This document shows positions 20,870 through 29,929 of a stretch of DNA of 64,000 bases, piece after piece. Source of the stretch: Halorarum halobium (GTDB lineage: Archaea > Halobacteriota > Halobacteria > Halobacteriales > Haloferacaceae). Below the pieces are notes generated by a model. That model made no database searches. It was not told where the DNA came from and saw nothing but the letters and a program-made list of their open reading frames with translations. Numbering within the stretch: position 1 is the stretch's first letter; each line of letters begins with the position of its first letter. A program made the translations under genes and the position numbers. The DNA is taken from positions 1-64,000 of the forward strand of contig NZ_CP134951.1 of assembly GCF_032116555.1 (NCBI RefSeq), read 5' to 3'.

Positions 20870-21076
20870 TCAGGTGCCGGGCGGCCGCCGCCCCGAGGAG
20901 ACGCTGTCGGTCGATTCGAGCGGCACCTCCTCGCCGGGCGACTGGGCGGCGATGCCGCTGTTGAGTTCGGTCTGGGTCATACAGCTGTCACACCCCCGCA
21001 CCTGATCGTCGTTGCCTCCGAAGACGCGGACGAACGACGGCGTGACGAAGCTCCCGCAGTTGGTACATTCTGGCAT
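20870..21076 (-). CDS. Small zinc-finger (CPxCG-like) protein
   Basis: MPECTNCGSFVT..FVRVFG......GCDSC, two CxxC pairs. Confidence 0.75.
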   Translation of the reverse strand: MPECTNCGSFVTPSFVRVFGGNDDQVRGCDSCMTQTELNSGIAAQSPGEEVPLESTDSVSSGRRPPGT

Positions 21077-21645
21077 GATGTTGTCCACCGGCCGGTCCGG
21101 CCGATGGGTTGGTGGATGGGTGTCGCCGGCGTCACTGTTGGCCTTGACATATCACGGTGTTCAACAGTCGGGGGCGTCCGTCCTCGCCGGCGGCGACCAC
21201 GACCGCCGTGCTCGACCGGGATCGAGCCGGTTTTCGTCCGGCGGAGCTCTCGCGTCGGACTCGACCGGTGAACGGCGCGGCGGCCCGACGGCGCAGCGAC
21301 CCGACGGTGGGCCCACGAATCGGGTGTTCGAACCACGGTAGGAACTTCATACCGACGAGTAGCCACGGCATACGGGAACGAACGTGCGTATCCCGACACT
21401 TTACGATGTTACTACTGTAATGCCTTCTCGCCGGTAGCTTTCCGTAACGGACGGTTAACGGCCGGATAAGTCGGGCGAATCCTCCGGAGACGGCGATCGA
21501 TCTCGATACCAGTATGTTGCTGGTGAAAGACCGACGTGGGGCCGTATCCCGGCCGGTCGTGAGTCGGTTGCGCTGCCGGGAACGCGGTTTCCTGACCCAA
21601 CACCGGAACTTCTATCACGAATCCTTTTTAACACGGGACTGAACG

Positions 21646-21948
21646 ATGGAGCAGTATCGGACCGACGGGGGAAACGGGGGGGCGACCGTCGAGCGAGCGA
21701 CCCACGACCCGACGAACGGCGAGTCGACCGCGACCGCGGTCGTGATGGCGGTGGGACGCGCCAAGGGAGTGGAACCGACCGGGCTGCCACGGCTCGAGTC
21801 GACGATCAACACCGACGCCCTGGACAGGCTCGTCCGTTCGATGGCCGAGAACGACGCCGACTCGGAGGCGAAGGTGTCGTTCAGGTACGCGGGGGTCGAC
21901 GTCTCGGTCGACGGGTCGGGCGACCTCGTGGTCTGGGTCGCCGAGTAG
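21646..21948 (+). CDS. HalOD1 output-domain protein
   Basis: AVV.AV....GVEPT.LP.L...IN.DALD.L ... VSFRYAGVDV.V...G. Confidence 0.8.
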   Translation: MEQYRTDGGNGGATVERATHDPTNGESTATAVVMAVGRAKGVEPTGLPRLESTINTDALDRLVRSMAENDADSEAKVSFRYAGVDVSVDGSGDLVVWVAE

Positions 21949-22220
21949 CCGCCCGGGCCGCGGACGGTCGTTCGACCCGGGGAACGTTTTCCGGACCGCC
22001 GAACGGTTCCGCGCCCCCACCGAGCTGCTGGCTCCCGCGTCGCGTGCTGGCTGATCGCTCCCCGCGTCGCGGGCGGGGCGACGGTGAACGGGCGTTCCTC
22101 CCGCTCCTGTACGGGACGATCCGCCCGGGTTCGGGACGATTCGATCGGAGTTGCATCGCCGTCGACGGCTCGGTTATATCGGCAAAAACAGGGGTACTGG
22201 CCGTTTAAACGCGGCTCACG

Positions 22221-22340
22221 TCACTCGTCACCGTCGCCGGTGACCTCCGGAATGAGCATCTCGGGGCCCCGCTCGTACTTGGGGGTGCTCGCGAACTCGT
22301 GCATCCGCCGCTTCTCGTCATCGGTGATTCGACCCGACAT
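22221..22340 (-). CDS. 39-aa small protein MSGRITDDEKRRMHEFASTPKYERGPEMLIPEVTGDGDE (below the ORF-track cutoff)
   Basis: Translated by hand; haloarchaeal codon usage, acidic; TTTTTA about 28-33 nt upstream of the ATG. Confidence 0.6.
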   Translation of the reverse strand: MSGRITDDEKRRMHEFASTPKYERGPEMLIPEVTGDGDE

Positions 22341-22472
22341 CTGTTACCCTGTGGGAACGAGTGGTAAAAAGTAATTTCGAGTATAACGGGCCGTATTTAT
22401 CGGCCCCGTCGGCGGTATGTTTCGGTTATCGGTCGGCTGGCGGCTCGATCACCTCGACGACGCCGCGGACGG

Positions 22473-22577
22473 TCAGTCGTCCATGGCCGTGAGCGGACGC
22501 GTGTAGCTATCGGCGACCCGGACGACGACGGCCAGGAGCACGACCAGGACGACGGTCGTGAGCAGTTTTCGTGACAT
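22473..22577 (-). CDS. 34-aa single-TM peptide MSRKLLTTVVLVVLLAVVVRVADSYTRPLTAMDD
   Basis: Basic N-terminus plus hydrophobic helix; TAACGAAA motif 35 nt upstream of the ATG. Confidence 0.5.
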   Translation of the reverse strand: MSRKLLTTVVLVVLLAVVVRVADSYTRPLTAMDD

Positions 22578-22850
22578 CGCGGCGGAGACGAGGACGCGAC
22601 TCCGTTTCGTTATCCCCCTCGTAATCGGCGCTGGCGCACCGTCGACCCGACCGGACCGTCGCCCGTCGCCGGGTAGCCTGACCGTTCGAGCGGTCACCGT
22701 CCGCATTACAAACCTCCAGACTGCACTGCTGAAAGGTGTGATTACAGTGAGTCCGTCCGACGAAACCGGGAGCTATCGACGCCCGGCCGCGGCGCGCTCG
22801 ACGCCGGAGCGACCGGTTCCCACGGGCCAGGACGGCTCCGCCGGGGCGGA

Positions 22851-23078
22851 ATGACCTCCCCGAAGACCGCCATTCTGGTGGCCGACGCCGCCGTCGGCCT
22901 GGCCATCGGTAACGTGCTCGCCATGCTGCTCGTGGTGACCCACCCGGTCCAGATGTCGACCATGCTGCTCGTCAGGAACGTCTTCATCGCCGGCTTCGTC
23001 GCCGGCGTCCTCATCACGCTGCTCATCACGGGTGCCCGCGACGCACACCGGCTCGGCCTGCTGACCAGACACTCGTAG
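22851..23078 (+). CDS. Small two-TM membrane protein
   Basis: 75 aa, two hydrophobic segments, GC3-rich codons. Confidence 0.6.
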   Translation: MTSPKTAILVADAAVGLAIGNVLAMLLVVTHPVQMSTMLLVRNVFIAGFVAGVLITLLITGARDAHRLGLLTRHS

Positions 23079-23245
23079 CCCGTCGGCGTCGCCGGTCCAC
23101 GTCGACGGGAGTCCTAGCAGCTCGAGAACGGCTCGACGGCCGACGGCGACGAGTCGCGGCCGGCGAACGCGATCCCGGAGTCGGCCCCCGACTAACGCCG
23201 GGAAGTGGCCGTCTTACGAACACGTGCGGGCGGCAGTAGTCCCGT

Positions 23246-23638
23246 GTGAGCACGGACCATCCGACCCCCGAGAAACGCGCCCGTCGCCTCGGAACGCCCT
23301 CGCCGGGGGTCGGCGTCTTCGCGCTCGTCCTCACCCAGGCCGGCGATCTCGTCACGACGCTCGTCGCCCTCCGGTCGGTGCCGGCGCTCGAGGAGGCAAA
23401 CGTCGTCGTCGCCCGGGCGATCGCGGCGTTCGGGCCGACCGTCGGCCTGACCGTGGCATCGGTCGTCGCGGTCGGCAGCCTCGTGGCCGCGACGGAGCTT
23501 GGCGCGGCGATCGTGCGCGACCACGCCGACGGCTCTCGACGGGTGGTGGGCGCGGTTCGACTGCTCGGTTACGGCCCGGCGACGGCGCTCAACGCGGGCG
23601 TCGTTGCCCACAACGTGCTGTTGCTTGCGACGGTCTGA
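23246..23638 (+). CDS. Membrane protein (DUF5658-like)
   Basis: GDLVTT...L.EAN.V....A.FG motif and 3 TM segments. Confidence 0.65.
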   Translation: MSTDHPTPEKRARRLGTPSPGVGVFALVLTQAGDLVTTLVALRSVPALEEANVVVARAIAAFGPTVGLTVASVVAVGSLVAATELGAAIVRDHADGSRRVVGAVRLLGYGPATALNAGVVAHNVLLLATV

Positions 23639-23753
23639 CGGCCGGGCACCCGTCCGGACGGCGTCGCTGCCGCTCGATCGGTTCGCGGGCGTCGGGACCG
23701 TTCGTGCGTCCGGGGGACGTCCGTTCAGCCATCCGGGACGTCCGGCGTCCCGG

Positions 23754-24032
23754 TCAGTCGAGCAGGTCCTGGGTCTGAATGAGGCTCCAGGTCTCCCGAC
23801 CCTCCTCCGTGATCCCGTACACGCGTCCCTTGCGTCGCTCCTCGGGAACGAGCAGTTCGACGAGTTCGCGCTCGCGCAGCCCGCGGAGCGCCCGCGAGAC
23901 GTGCGTGACCGCGAGGTCCTCGTCGTCGGCGATGCCCGAGGGCGTCGCCGGGCTGTCGGCCAGCCGACCGAGGACGGCGACCCGGTAGCGCGAGCTGATG
24001 ACGTAGCCGACCACGTCCCAGTCGTCGCTCAT
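23754..24032 (-). CDS. Small winged-HTH regulator (ArsR/MarR-like)
   Basis: SSRYR..VL..L...PATPS.IA....L.VTHVSRAL..L....LVELLVPEERRKGRVY.IT. Confidence 0.85.
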   Translation of the reverse strand: MSDDWDVVGYVISSRYRVAVLGRLADSPATPSGIADDEDLAVTHVSRALRGLRERELVELLVPEERRKGRVYGITEEGRETWSLIQTQDLLD

Positions 24033-24168
24033 GCGTCCGGTCCCCCGGTCGATCCTCCGGCGGCCTCGACCCGGTGTGGATGGGTTCCTGAGTTCATCGG
24101 TCCATGCTGTGTGCCCGCGAGGCGGGCCCGTTCGGTCTCCCCCGCGCAGGGGGTGGCTGTACGGCGGC

Positions 24169-24726
24169 TCATCGGCGGCGGCGCTCCACGAGCGTCATCT
24201 CGCGCCCGTTCGTCACGAACCGCGTGTACACGTACTGTGCGACGGTGACCGCCAGGAACGCCCCGACGACGACGACGCCCGCGACGGCGTCCGGGACGCC
24301 GGCGAACAGCGGCGCGTCGACGACGGTGAGCAGGTAGAACAGGCCGCCGACCGCGGCGGTGCCGATGTAGAGCGCCTGCCACGGCGGCTCCTCCCGTTCC
24401 TCCTCGGGCAGATACCGCTCCAGCTGCCCGACCGTCCCCGTGAGCTCGATCTCGCCGCTGTCGGGGTCGTAGTCGACGATGCCGGCGTTGCGTAGCTTCG
24501 GGATGTGTGTCTGGTACAGTGAGACGTACACCCGTTTCTCCTGCTGGTCGGTTAGCTCTTCGGCCGGCACCTGGTTCTCCCAGGCGGCGACTTCCCGTGC
24601 GAGCGCGGTCAGTTCGATCGGGCGGCCGTGCTCACGAAGGTACGAGATGACGAAACGACGCCTGGGGTTACTCAGGAGGTCGTACACCTCGTTCTGCGAC
24701 AGCCTACCGTGCTCTGACTCGGACAT
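24169..24726 (-). CDS. Membrane-anchored HTH protein (DUF7344-like)
   Basis: LLSNPRRR..I.YL, LAREVAAWE, KRVYVSLYQTHIPKL, then two TM helices. Confidence 0.85.
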   Translation of the reverse strand: MSESEHGRLSQNEVYDLLSNPRRRFVISYLREHGRPIELTALAREVAAWENQVPAEELTDQQEKRVYVSLYQTHIPKLRNAGIVDYDPDSGEIELTGTVGQLERYLPEEEREEPPWQALYIGTAAVGGLFYLLTVVDAPLFAGVPDAVAGVVVVGAFLAVTVAQYVYTRFVTNGREMTLVERRRR

Positions 24727-24876
24727 CAGTCGGGGCTCGTGTGTTCGGCGATCGCGGGCCGCCGTTGCACCTATAGCGGTCGTTCGGCCACTTTGTTACT
24801 CCCAGGTTACGCATTGGCGACGTGAGGACGCTGCTCGGGCCCGCGCTGATTGCATACCCCCCTCGGTCCCGCCGGT

Positions 24877-26694
24877 TCATTCCACCGTGACACTCTTTGC
24901 CAGGTTTCGGGGTTTGTCGATGGACCGCCCGAGGAGGTCGGCGACGTGATACGACACGAGCTGGAGCTGCACGTTCGCCAGCACGCCGAGCGCGTCCGGG
25001 TGCGTGTCGGGCACCGGGAGGAACTCGTCGGCCAGCTCGCGGACCTTCCGTGACCCCTCGCCGGCGATGGCGATGACCGGCGCGCCGCGCGCCCGCACCT
25101 CCTCGACGTTCGCCAGCGCCTTTTCCTCGTGTCGCCCGTCGAAGACGGCGACGACGGGCGTCTCCTCGGTGACGAGCGCCAGCGGTCCGTGCTTCAGCTC
25201 AGCCGAGCCGAACCCCTCAGCGTGCTCGTATGTTATCTCTTTGAACTTAAGTGCACCTTCCAGCGCAACCGGGTGGCCGACCCCCCGACCGATGAAGAAG
25301 TACGCGTCGCGGTCGCGGTACCGGTCGGCGAGGTCGGCCACCGTCGAGTCCTCGAGGACCCGCGTGAGGTCGCTCGGGAGCCGCCGGAACGCGGCGGCGC
25401 GTTCGGCCCGGTCCTCGCTGGGCGAGCCGGTCAGGTCCTCGACGAGCCGTTCGCCGAGCAGCGACAGCGCGGTCACCTGCGAGGAGAACGTCTTCGTCGC
25501 GGCGACGCCGATCTCCGGTCCGGCGCGGATGAACAGCGCGTCGTCGCACGTCCGGGCGGCGGTGGAGCCGACGACGTTCGTGACCGCGAGCGTCCGGGCG
25601 CCCTCGTCGCGCGCGTGGCGGATCGACTGGAGCGTGTCGGCCGTCTCCCCGCTCTGTGTGACCGCGACCACGAGCGTGTCCTCGGTGACGGGTGTGGGCG
25701 TCGTGGCGTACTCGCCGGCGCGGAACGCGTGTGCGCGGACGCCGCTCTCGACGAGGTGTTCTCTCGCGTACAGGGCCGCGTGGTAGGAGGTGCCACAGGC
25801 GACGAACTGGACGTCGCTCACCCCGTCGAACGACCCCGGCGGGAACGACGACAGCGAGACGCCGCCGTCGTCCTCGATGCGGCCGCGGACGGTCCGATCG
25901 AGCGCCTGGGGCTGCTCGTTGATCTCCTTGAGCATGTAGTGCTCGTAGCCGTCGCGCTCGGCGTCCTCCGGCTGCCAGTCGACGCTGGTCGGCTCGCGCG
26001 GTAGCCGGTCGCCGTCGGTGTCGGTGACGCGGTAGCCGGCCGGGCCGACCTCGACGACGTCGCCGTCCTCCAGGTGGACCACGCGGTCGGTGTACTCCAG
26101 GAACGACGGGACGTCGCTGGCGAGGAACTGCCGGTCGTCGTCGAGTCCGAGCACGAGCGGCGAGCCGCGCCGCGTCGCGTACAGCGATCCCTCGCCGCCA
26201 CACAGCGTCACGACGGCGAAGCTGCCCTCGAGGCGGTCGACGGCGCGCCGGAACGCCTCGTCGGTCGACCGACCGTCGTCGAGCCCCTCCTCGATGAGGT
26301 GGGGGATGACCTCGGTGTCCGTGTCGCTGGTGAACTCGTGGCCGCGCTGGCGCAGTTCCTCGCGGAGCGTCTCGTGGTTCTCGATGATCCCGTTGTGGAC
26401 GACCGAGACCGTGCCCGTGCAGTCGGTGTGCGGGTGGGCGTTCTCGTCGGTCGGCGGGCCGTGGGTGCTCCAGCGGGTGTGGCCGATGCCGATGGAGCCG
26501 GCCGGGACCGTCTCCGCGACCGCCTCACGGAGGGCGTCGATCTCGCCCGAGCGCTTCAGGACGCTGACGTCCGCTTCGCCGCGGGGGACCGCGATGCCGC
26601 TGGAGTCGTAGCCGCGGTACTCGAGGTTCGCCAGCCCGGTGAGTAACTCGTCGACGACGTCGCCCTCGGCGACGCAGGCGGTTATCCCACACAT
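24877..26694 (-). CDS. glmS: Glutamine-fructose-6-phosphate transaminase (isomerizing)
   Basis: MCGI N-terminus, LEYRGYDS, GHTRW.THG, QSGETADT, ELKHGPLAL, DKPRNLAKSVTVE. Confidence 0.97.
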   Translation of the reverse strand: MCGITACVAEGDVVDELLTGLANLEYRGYDSSGIAVPRGEADVSVLKRSGEIDALREAVAETVPAGSIGIGHTRWSTHGPPTDENAHPHTDCTGTVSVVHNGIIENHETLREELRQRGHEFTSDTDTEVIPHLIEEGLDDGRSTDEAFRRAVDRLEGSFAVVTLCGGEGSLYATRRGSPLVLGLDDDRQFLASDVPSFLEYTDRVVHLEDGDVVEVGPAGYRVTDTDGDRLPREPTSVDWQPEDAERDGYEHYMLKEINEQPQALDRTVRGRIEDDGGVSLSSFPPGSFDGVSDVQFVACGTSYHAALYAREHLVESGVRAHAFRAGEYATTPTPVTEDTLVVAVTQSGETADTLQSIRHARDEGARTLAVTNVVGSTAARTCDDALFIRAGPEIGVAATKTFSSQVTALSLLGERLVEDLTGSPSEDRAERAAAFRRLPSDLTRVLEDSTVADLADRYRDRDAYFFIGRGVGHPVALEGALKFKEITYEHAEGFGSAELKHGPLALVTEETPVVAVFDGRHEEKALANVEEVRARGAPVIAIAGEGSRKVRELADEFLPVPDTHPDALGVLANVQLQLVSYHVADLLGRSIDKPRNLAKSVTVE

Positions 26695-27438
26695 CGGGTG
26701 GCTCCCTCTCGAGACCGGTCGTGCGCCTGTACGAGTGATTGTGACGGTGGTGCCGCCGATAGGGGTCCTCTCATTGGTGGCTCCCGGATGGGCGCGCCAT
26801 CCGCGTTGACGATGGGGAATGACCCGTTCGCTCCATTGTTATTCGTGCGCTGTGGGCCGTCTCCGTCGGGTTAGTCACGTCCAGCCCGTCGCGCGTCGCG
26901 GCGGCCGTATCGTGGACTGATACCGGCAAAACGGCCGAAACCGAGCGGTAGCGAACTGATAACAAAGGGGTTAGCTAGCCCCGAGACGGACGTCACATGT
27001 TAGTCATCCGCTGGGCGGGAGACGGCGCGGACGAGCGGTTCGCGCCGTCGATTCCGCCCACCACGCACCCGATCGGGCCGGATCCGGCGGTCGGCGGCTC
27101 GGGCACCGTCGGCGCGCGCGGGTGCCGACGACCCGTCGCGTGTCGCCGCCGAGCCAGATCGGGTCGCCGAGTCGTTCGAGGAGTGGGACGCGGTCGCGGT
27201 CCGTCACCCGGCCCGTCTCGACGTGTGCCGCCGCCGGCGCCGTCGGGCCGGACGCCAATCCGGGGACCGGCACCGAGCCGGGCGAGACGCTGGCGCGCGA
27301 CCGGGGAAGCAATGACCTACCGTCCCTCCGAACGAGCGAATCGGTCGACCTGCGCGGGATCCAGCGGTTTCGTCCCCGAGGCGAGGCCGTCGACACGAAC
27401 CGATAAAGAACCGCTGCCAGTGAGTTGCATAAATACAG

Positions 27439-27456
27439 CATTACGTATAAGTAATG
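27439..27456. promoter_or_regulatory. Palindrome CATTAC-GTATAA-GTAATG next to a TATA-like ATAAATA
   Basis: Inverted repeat in an AT-rich patch upstream of the second DUF7344-like gene. Confidence 0.5.
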
Positions 27457-27582
27457 TGCGTACAGACATTGTAGCTGCCCGAAACACGACGGGTGGGAAA
27501 ACGGAGTGCCGGGGTGGACGTCTCGGACGCCCCATCGAATCGAGCGGACCGTGGACGCCGGAGCGGACTCGTGGAACGAACC

Positions 27583-28191
27583 ATGTCATCGAAAGCCGGA
27601 ACCCAGAGACAGATGAACAGTAGTGAGCCGACGACCCCCGAACGCGTCGGCTCAGCGGATAGTTCCTCCCCAGAGGAGGAGAGCGCGGAGGAAGCGACCG
27701 AACAGCGAGCACGGGACCTCCCCCTCGACATCATCTTCGAGGTGTTGAAAAACGAGCGCAGACGGCTGGTCCTGGCGTACCTCCGGGACGCGGAGGGGGC
27801 CGTCACGATCGGCGAACTCGCCGAGCACATCGCCGCACACGAGAACGACATCACGCCGGCCGAGCTGAACGCCCAGCAGCGCAAGCGCGTGTACATCGGC
27901 CTCTACCAGTGTCACCTCCCCAAGATGGACGACGCGGACGCGGTCGCGTTCAACCAGGACCGCGGCATCGTCGAACTCGGGCGGAGCGCGGACACGCTGT
28001 ATCAGTATCTCGACTCCGACTCGGGGGTCGAGGACAACGCGCGGTTGCGACAGTACACGATGTTCTCGGTCGTCGGCGGGCTTGCGTTCGTCTCGGCCCA
28101 GTTCGCGGGCACGCCGATGCTCCCCGAACTCATCGTGTTCGCGGTACTGGTCGGGGTGCCCGCAGTGACGTACTTCTCGGAAGGGACGTAG
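27583..28191 (+). CDS. Membrane-anchored HTH protein (DUF7344-like)
   Basis: FEVLKNERRR, LAEHIAAHE, RKRVYIGLYQCHLPKM, two C-terminal TMs; start could be 27613. Confidence 0.85.
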   Translation: MSSKAGTQRQMNSSEPTTPERVGSADSSSPEEESAEEATEQRARDLPLDIIFEVLKNERRRLVLAYLRDAEGAVTIGELAEHIAAHENDITPAELNAQQRKRVYIGLYQCHLPKMDDADAVAFNQDRGIVELGRSADTLYQYLDSDSGVEDNARLRQYTMFSVVGGLAFVSAQFAGTPMLPELIVFAVLVGVPAVTYFSEGT

Positions 28192-28262
28192 AGACCGGGT
28201 CGGCCACCACATCGTTCCGCTCCGATAGCCGATCAGGGGGGGAGAAACCGTCCGGGGCTCCG

Positions 28263-28574
28263 TTACTCCCGGACGACGACTTGACCGTCGCTGTGAACCG
28301 TGACGCCGCAGCCGTCGAGTTTGAAGAAGACGCCGCCGTCCAGGCCGCGGCTCCGTCCGTTCATGCGGTCGCCGAACAGCGCGTTCAGCGCGTCTGGGTC
28401 GACCGCGCTGTTCAGCGGTTCCACCGTCATCGGATCCTTGTCGAGCGTCGCCGCGACGGCGGTGACGACCGCCTCGGCGACCGACTCGTCCCCGAGGTCG
28501 ATCCGGCTCCGGTGTGCGACGTCCATCGCGTTTGGTCCCCGGTCCACGGCGAGGTCGGGATCGGTCACGGTCAT
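28263..28574 (-). CDS. HalOD1 output-domain protein
   Basis: AVV.AVA......P....PL...VDPDALNALF ... VFF...GC.VTV..DG.V.V. Confidence 0.85.
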   Translation of the reverse strand: MTVTDPDLAVDRGPNAMDVAHRSRIDLGDESVAEAVVTAVAATLDKDPMTVEPLNSAVDPDALNALFGDRMNGRSRGLDGGVFFKLDGCGVTVHSDGQVVVRE

Positions 28575-28745
28575 CGGAGATCCCTCCAAAATTGCAGGCT
28601 GGTAACAGGGAATAATTCTGCTAACATGCTGATGTACGACCCGTAGTGAGTATCTGCTGTACTTTAAACTAACGAGATATCGTGGGTGCCTCGGGCGGGT
28701 ATGGAGGCCGGCCGCCGACCGACGGACTGCGTCCGGTCGCCCGGC

Positions 28746-29813
28746 TCAGTACGGCAGGCCGCCGGCGGTGGGCGAGGCGGCGACCAGCGCCGCGGGCTCC
28801 GGGGAACTCGCCCCGCGGTCGCCCCCGACGTCGGTCCCCGGCGCGAGCCCGCAGCCCGGCGCGAGCACCGCGTCCCTGAGGTGGACGTCACGTTCGACGG
28901 TCGCGCCGGGGAGCAACACGGCGTTCCCGAGCTCCGCCCCGGACCCCACGGTCGCCCCCGCGCCGACGACGACCGGTCCGTGGAGCGCGGCGTCGCGCGC
29001 GACGGTCGCGTTCGCCCCGACCAGTACGGGCCCCGAGAGCGTCGCGCCGCCCGCCACCTCGGCTCCCTCGGCGAGCGTCACGGCCCCGGAGACCGACGCC
29101 TCCGGCGAGCACGTCCCGTCGAGTCCGCCGGACAGGTCCGCGAGCGCGAGTTCGTTCGCCGCGAGCAGGTCGGCGGGACGGGCCACGTCGAGCCAGCGGT
29201 CGGTCTCGACGACCGAGACGTCCGTCCGGTCGACGGCGCGCGCGAGCACGTCCGTGATCTCGTGTTCGCCGCGCTCGCTCTGGCCGACGTCGAGCCAGTC
29301 GCGGGCGGCCGCGGGGAACACGTACGCCCCGGCGTTCGCCAGGTTCGTGGGCGGGTCCGCGGGCTTCTCGACGACGTCGGTGACGCGGTCGCCGTCGGTC
29401 GAGAGCACGCCGTACTCGCTCGGGTTCTCGACCCGGTGGGCCGCGACCGCGGGACCACGGTCGAACAGCGCGGCGACGGACGCCGGATCGTAGAGGTTGT
29501 CGCCGTTCAGCACCGCGAACGGGCCCTCGAGGTACGGCCGCGCGGCGTCGACCGCGTCGGCGGTGCCCTCGGGGACGGGCTGGTTGGCGTAGTGGACCGG
29601 CACGCCCGCGTACGTGTCGCCGAAGTACGAGCGGACGTGTGAGGCCTTGTAGCCGACGACGAACACGAGGCCGTCGGCGCCGCCCGCCACGGCCGCCTCG
29701 GCGGCGTGGGCGGCCAGCGGGCGGTTGGCGACGGGGAGCATCGGCTTGGGCGTCACCGTCGAGAGGGGGCGCATCCGGGTCCCCATTCCCGCGGCGAGGA
29801 TGACAGCCTGCAT
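28746..29813 (-). CDS. Sugar-phosphate nucleotidyltransferase with hexapeptide C-terminus (GlmU-like)
   Basis: MQAVILAAGMGTRMRPL...PKPMLPV, GTADA, LNGDN, VEKP, RGEHEITD. Confidence 0.92.
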   Translation of the reverse strand: MQAVILAAGMGTRMRPLSTVTPKPMLPVANRPLAAHAAEAAVAGGADGLVFVVGYKASHVRSYFGDTYAGVPVHYANQPVPEGTADAVDAARPYLEGPFAVLNGDNLYDPASVAALFDRGPAVAAHRVENPSEYGVLSTDGDRVTDVVEKPADPPTNLANAGAYVFPAAARDWLDVGQSERGEHEITDVLARAVDRTDVSVVETDRWLDVARPADLLAANELALADLSGGLDGTCSPEASVSGAVTLAEGAEVAGGATLSGPVLVGANATVARDAALHGPVVVGAGATVGSGAELGNAVLLPGATVERDVHLRDAVLAPGCGLAPGTDVGGDRGASSPEPAALVAASPTAGGLPY

Positions 29814-29929
29814 ACGCCGACTGGCAACGGACGACGGGACCCTTGTAATGCGACGGCTATCCCGACGGAATCTCGGGAACGGCTCCTGCCGGGACGAAAA
29901 CCAGGGACTGAGTCCCGACGCCGGCCGGC

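Noticed and set aside
26694..26841. glmS ribozyme
   Set aside because: I could not find the conserved ribozyme core by eye; an Infernal search with the Rfam glmS model would settle it
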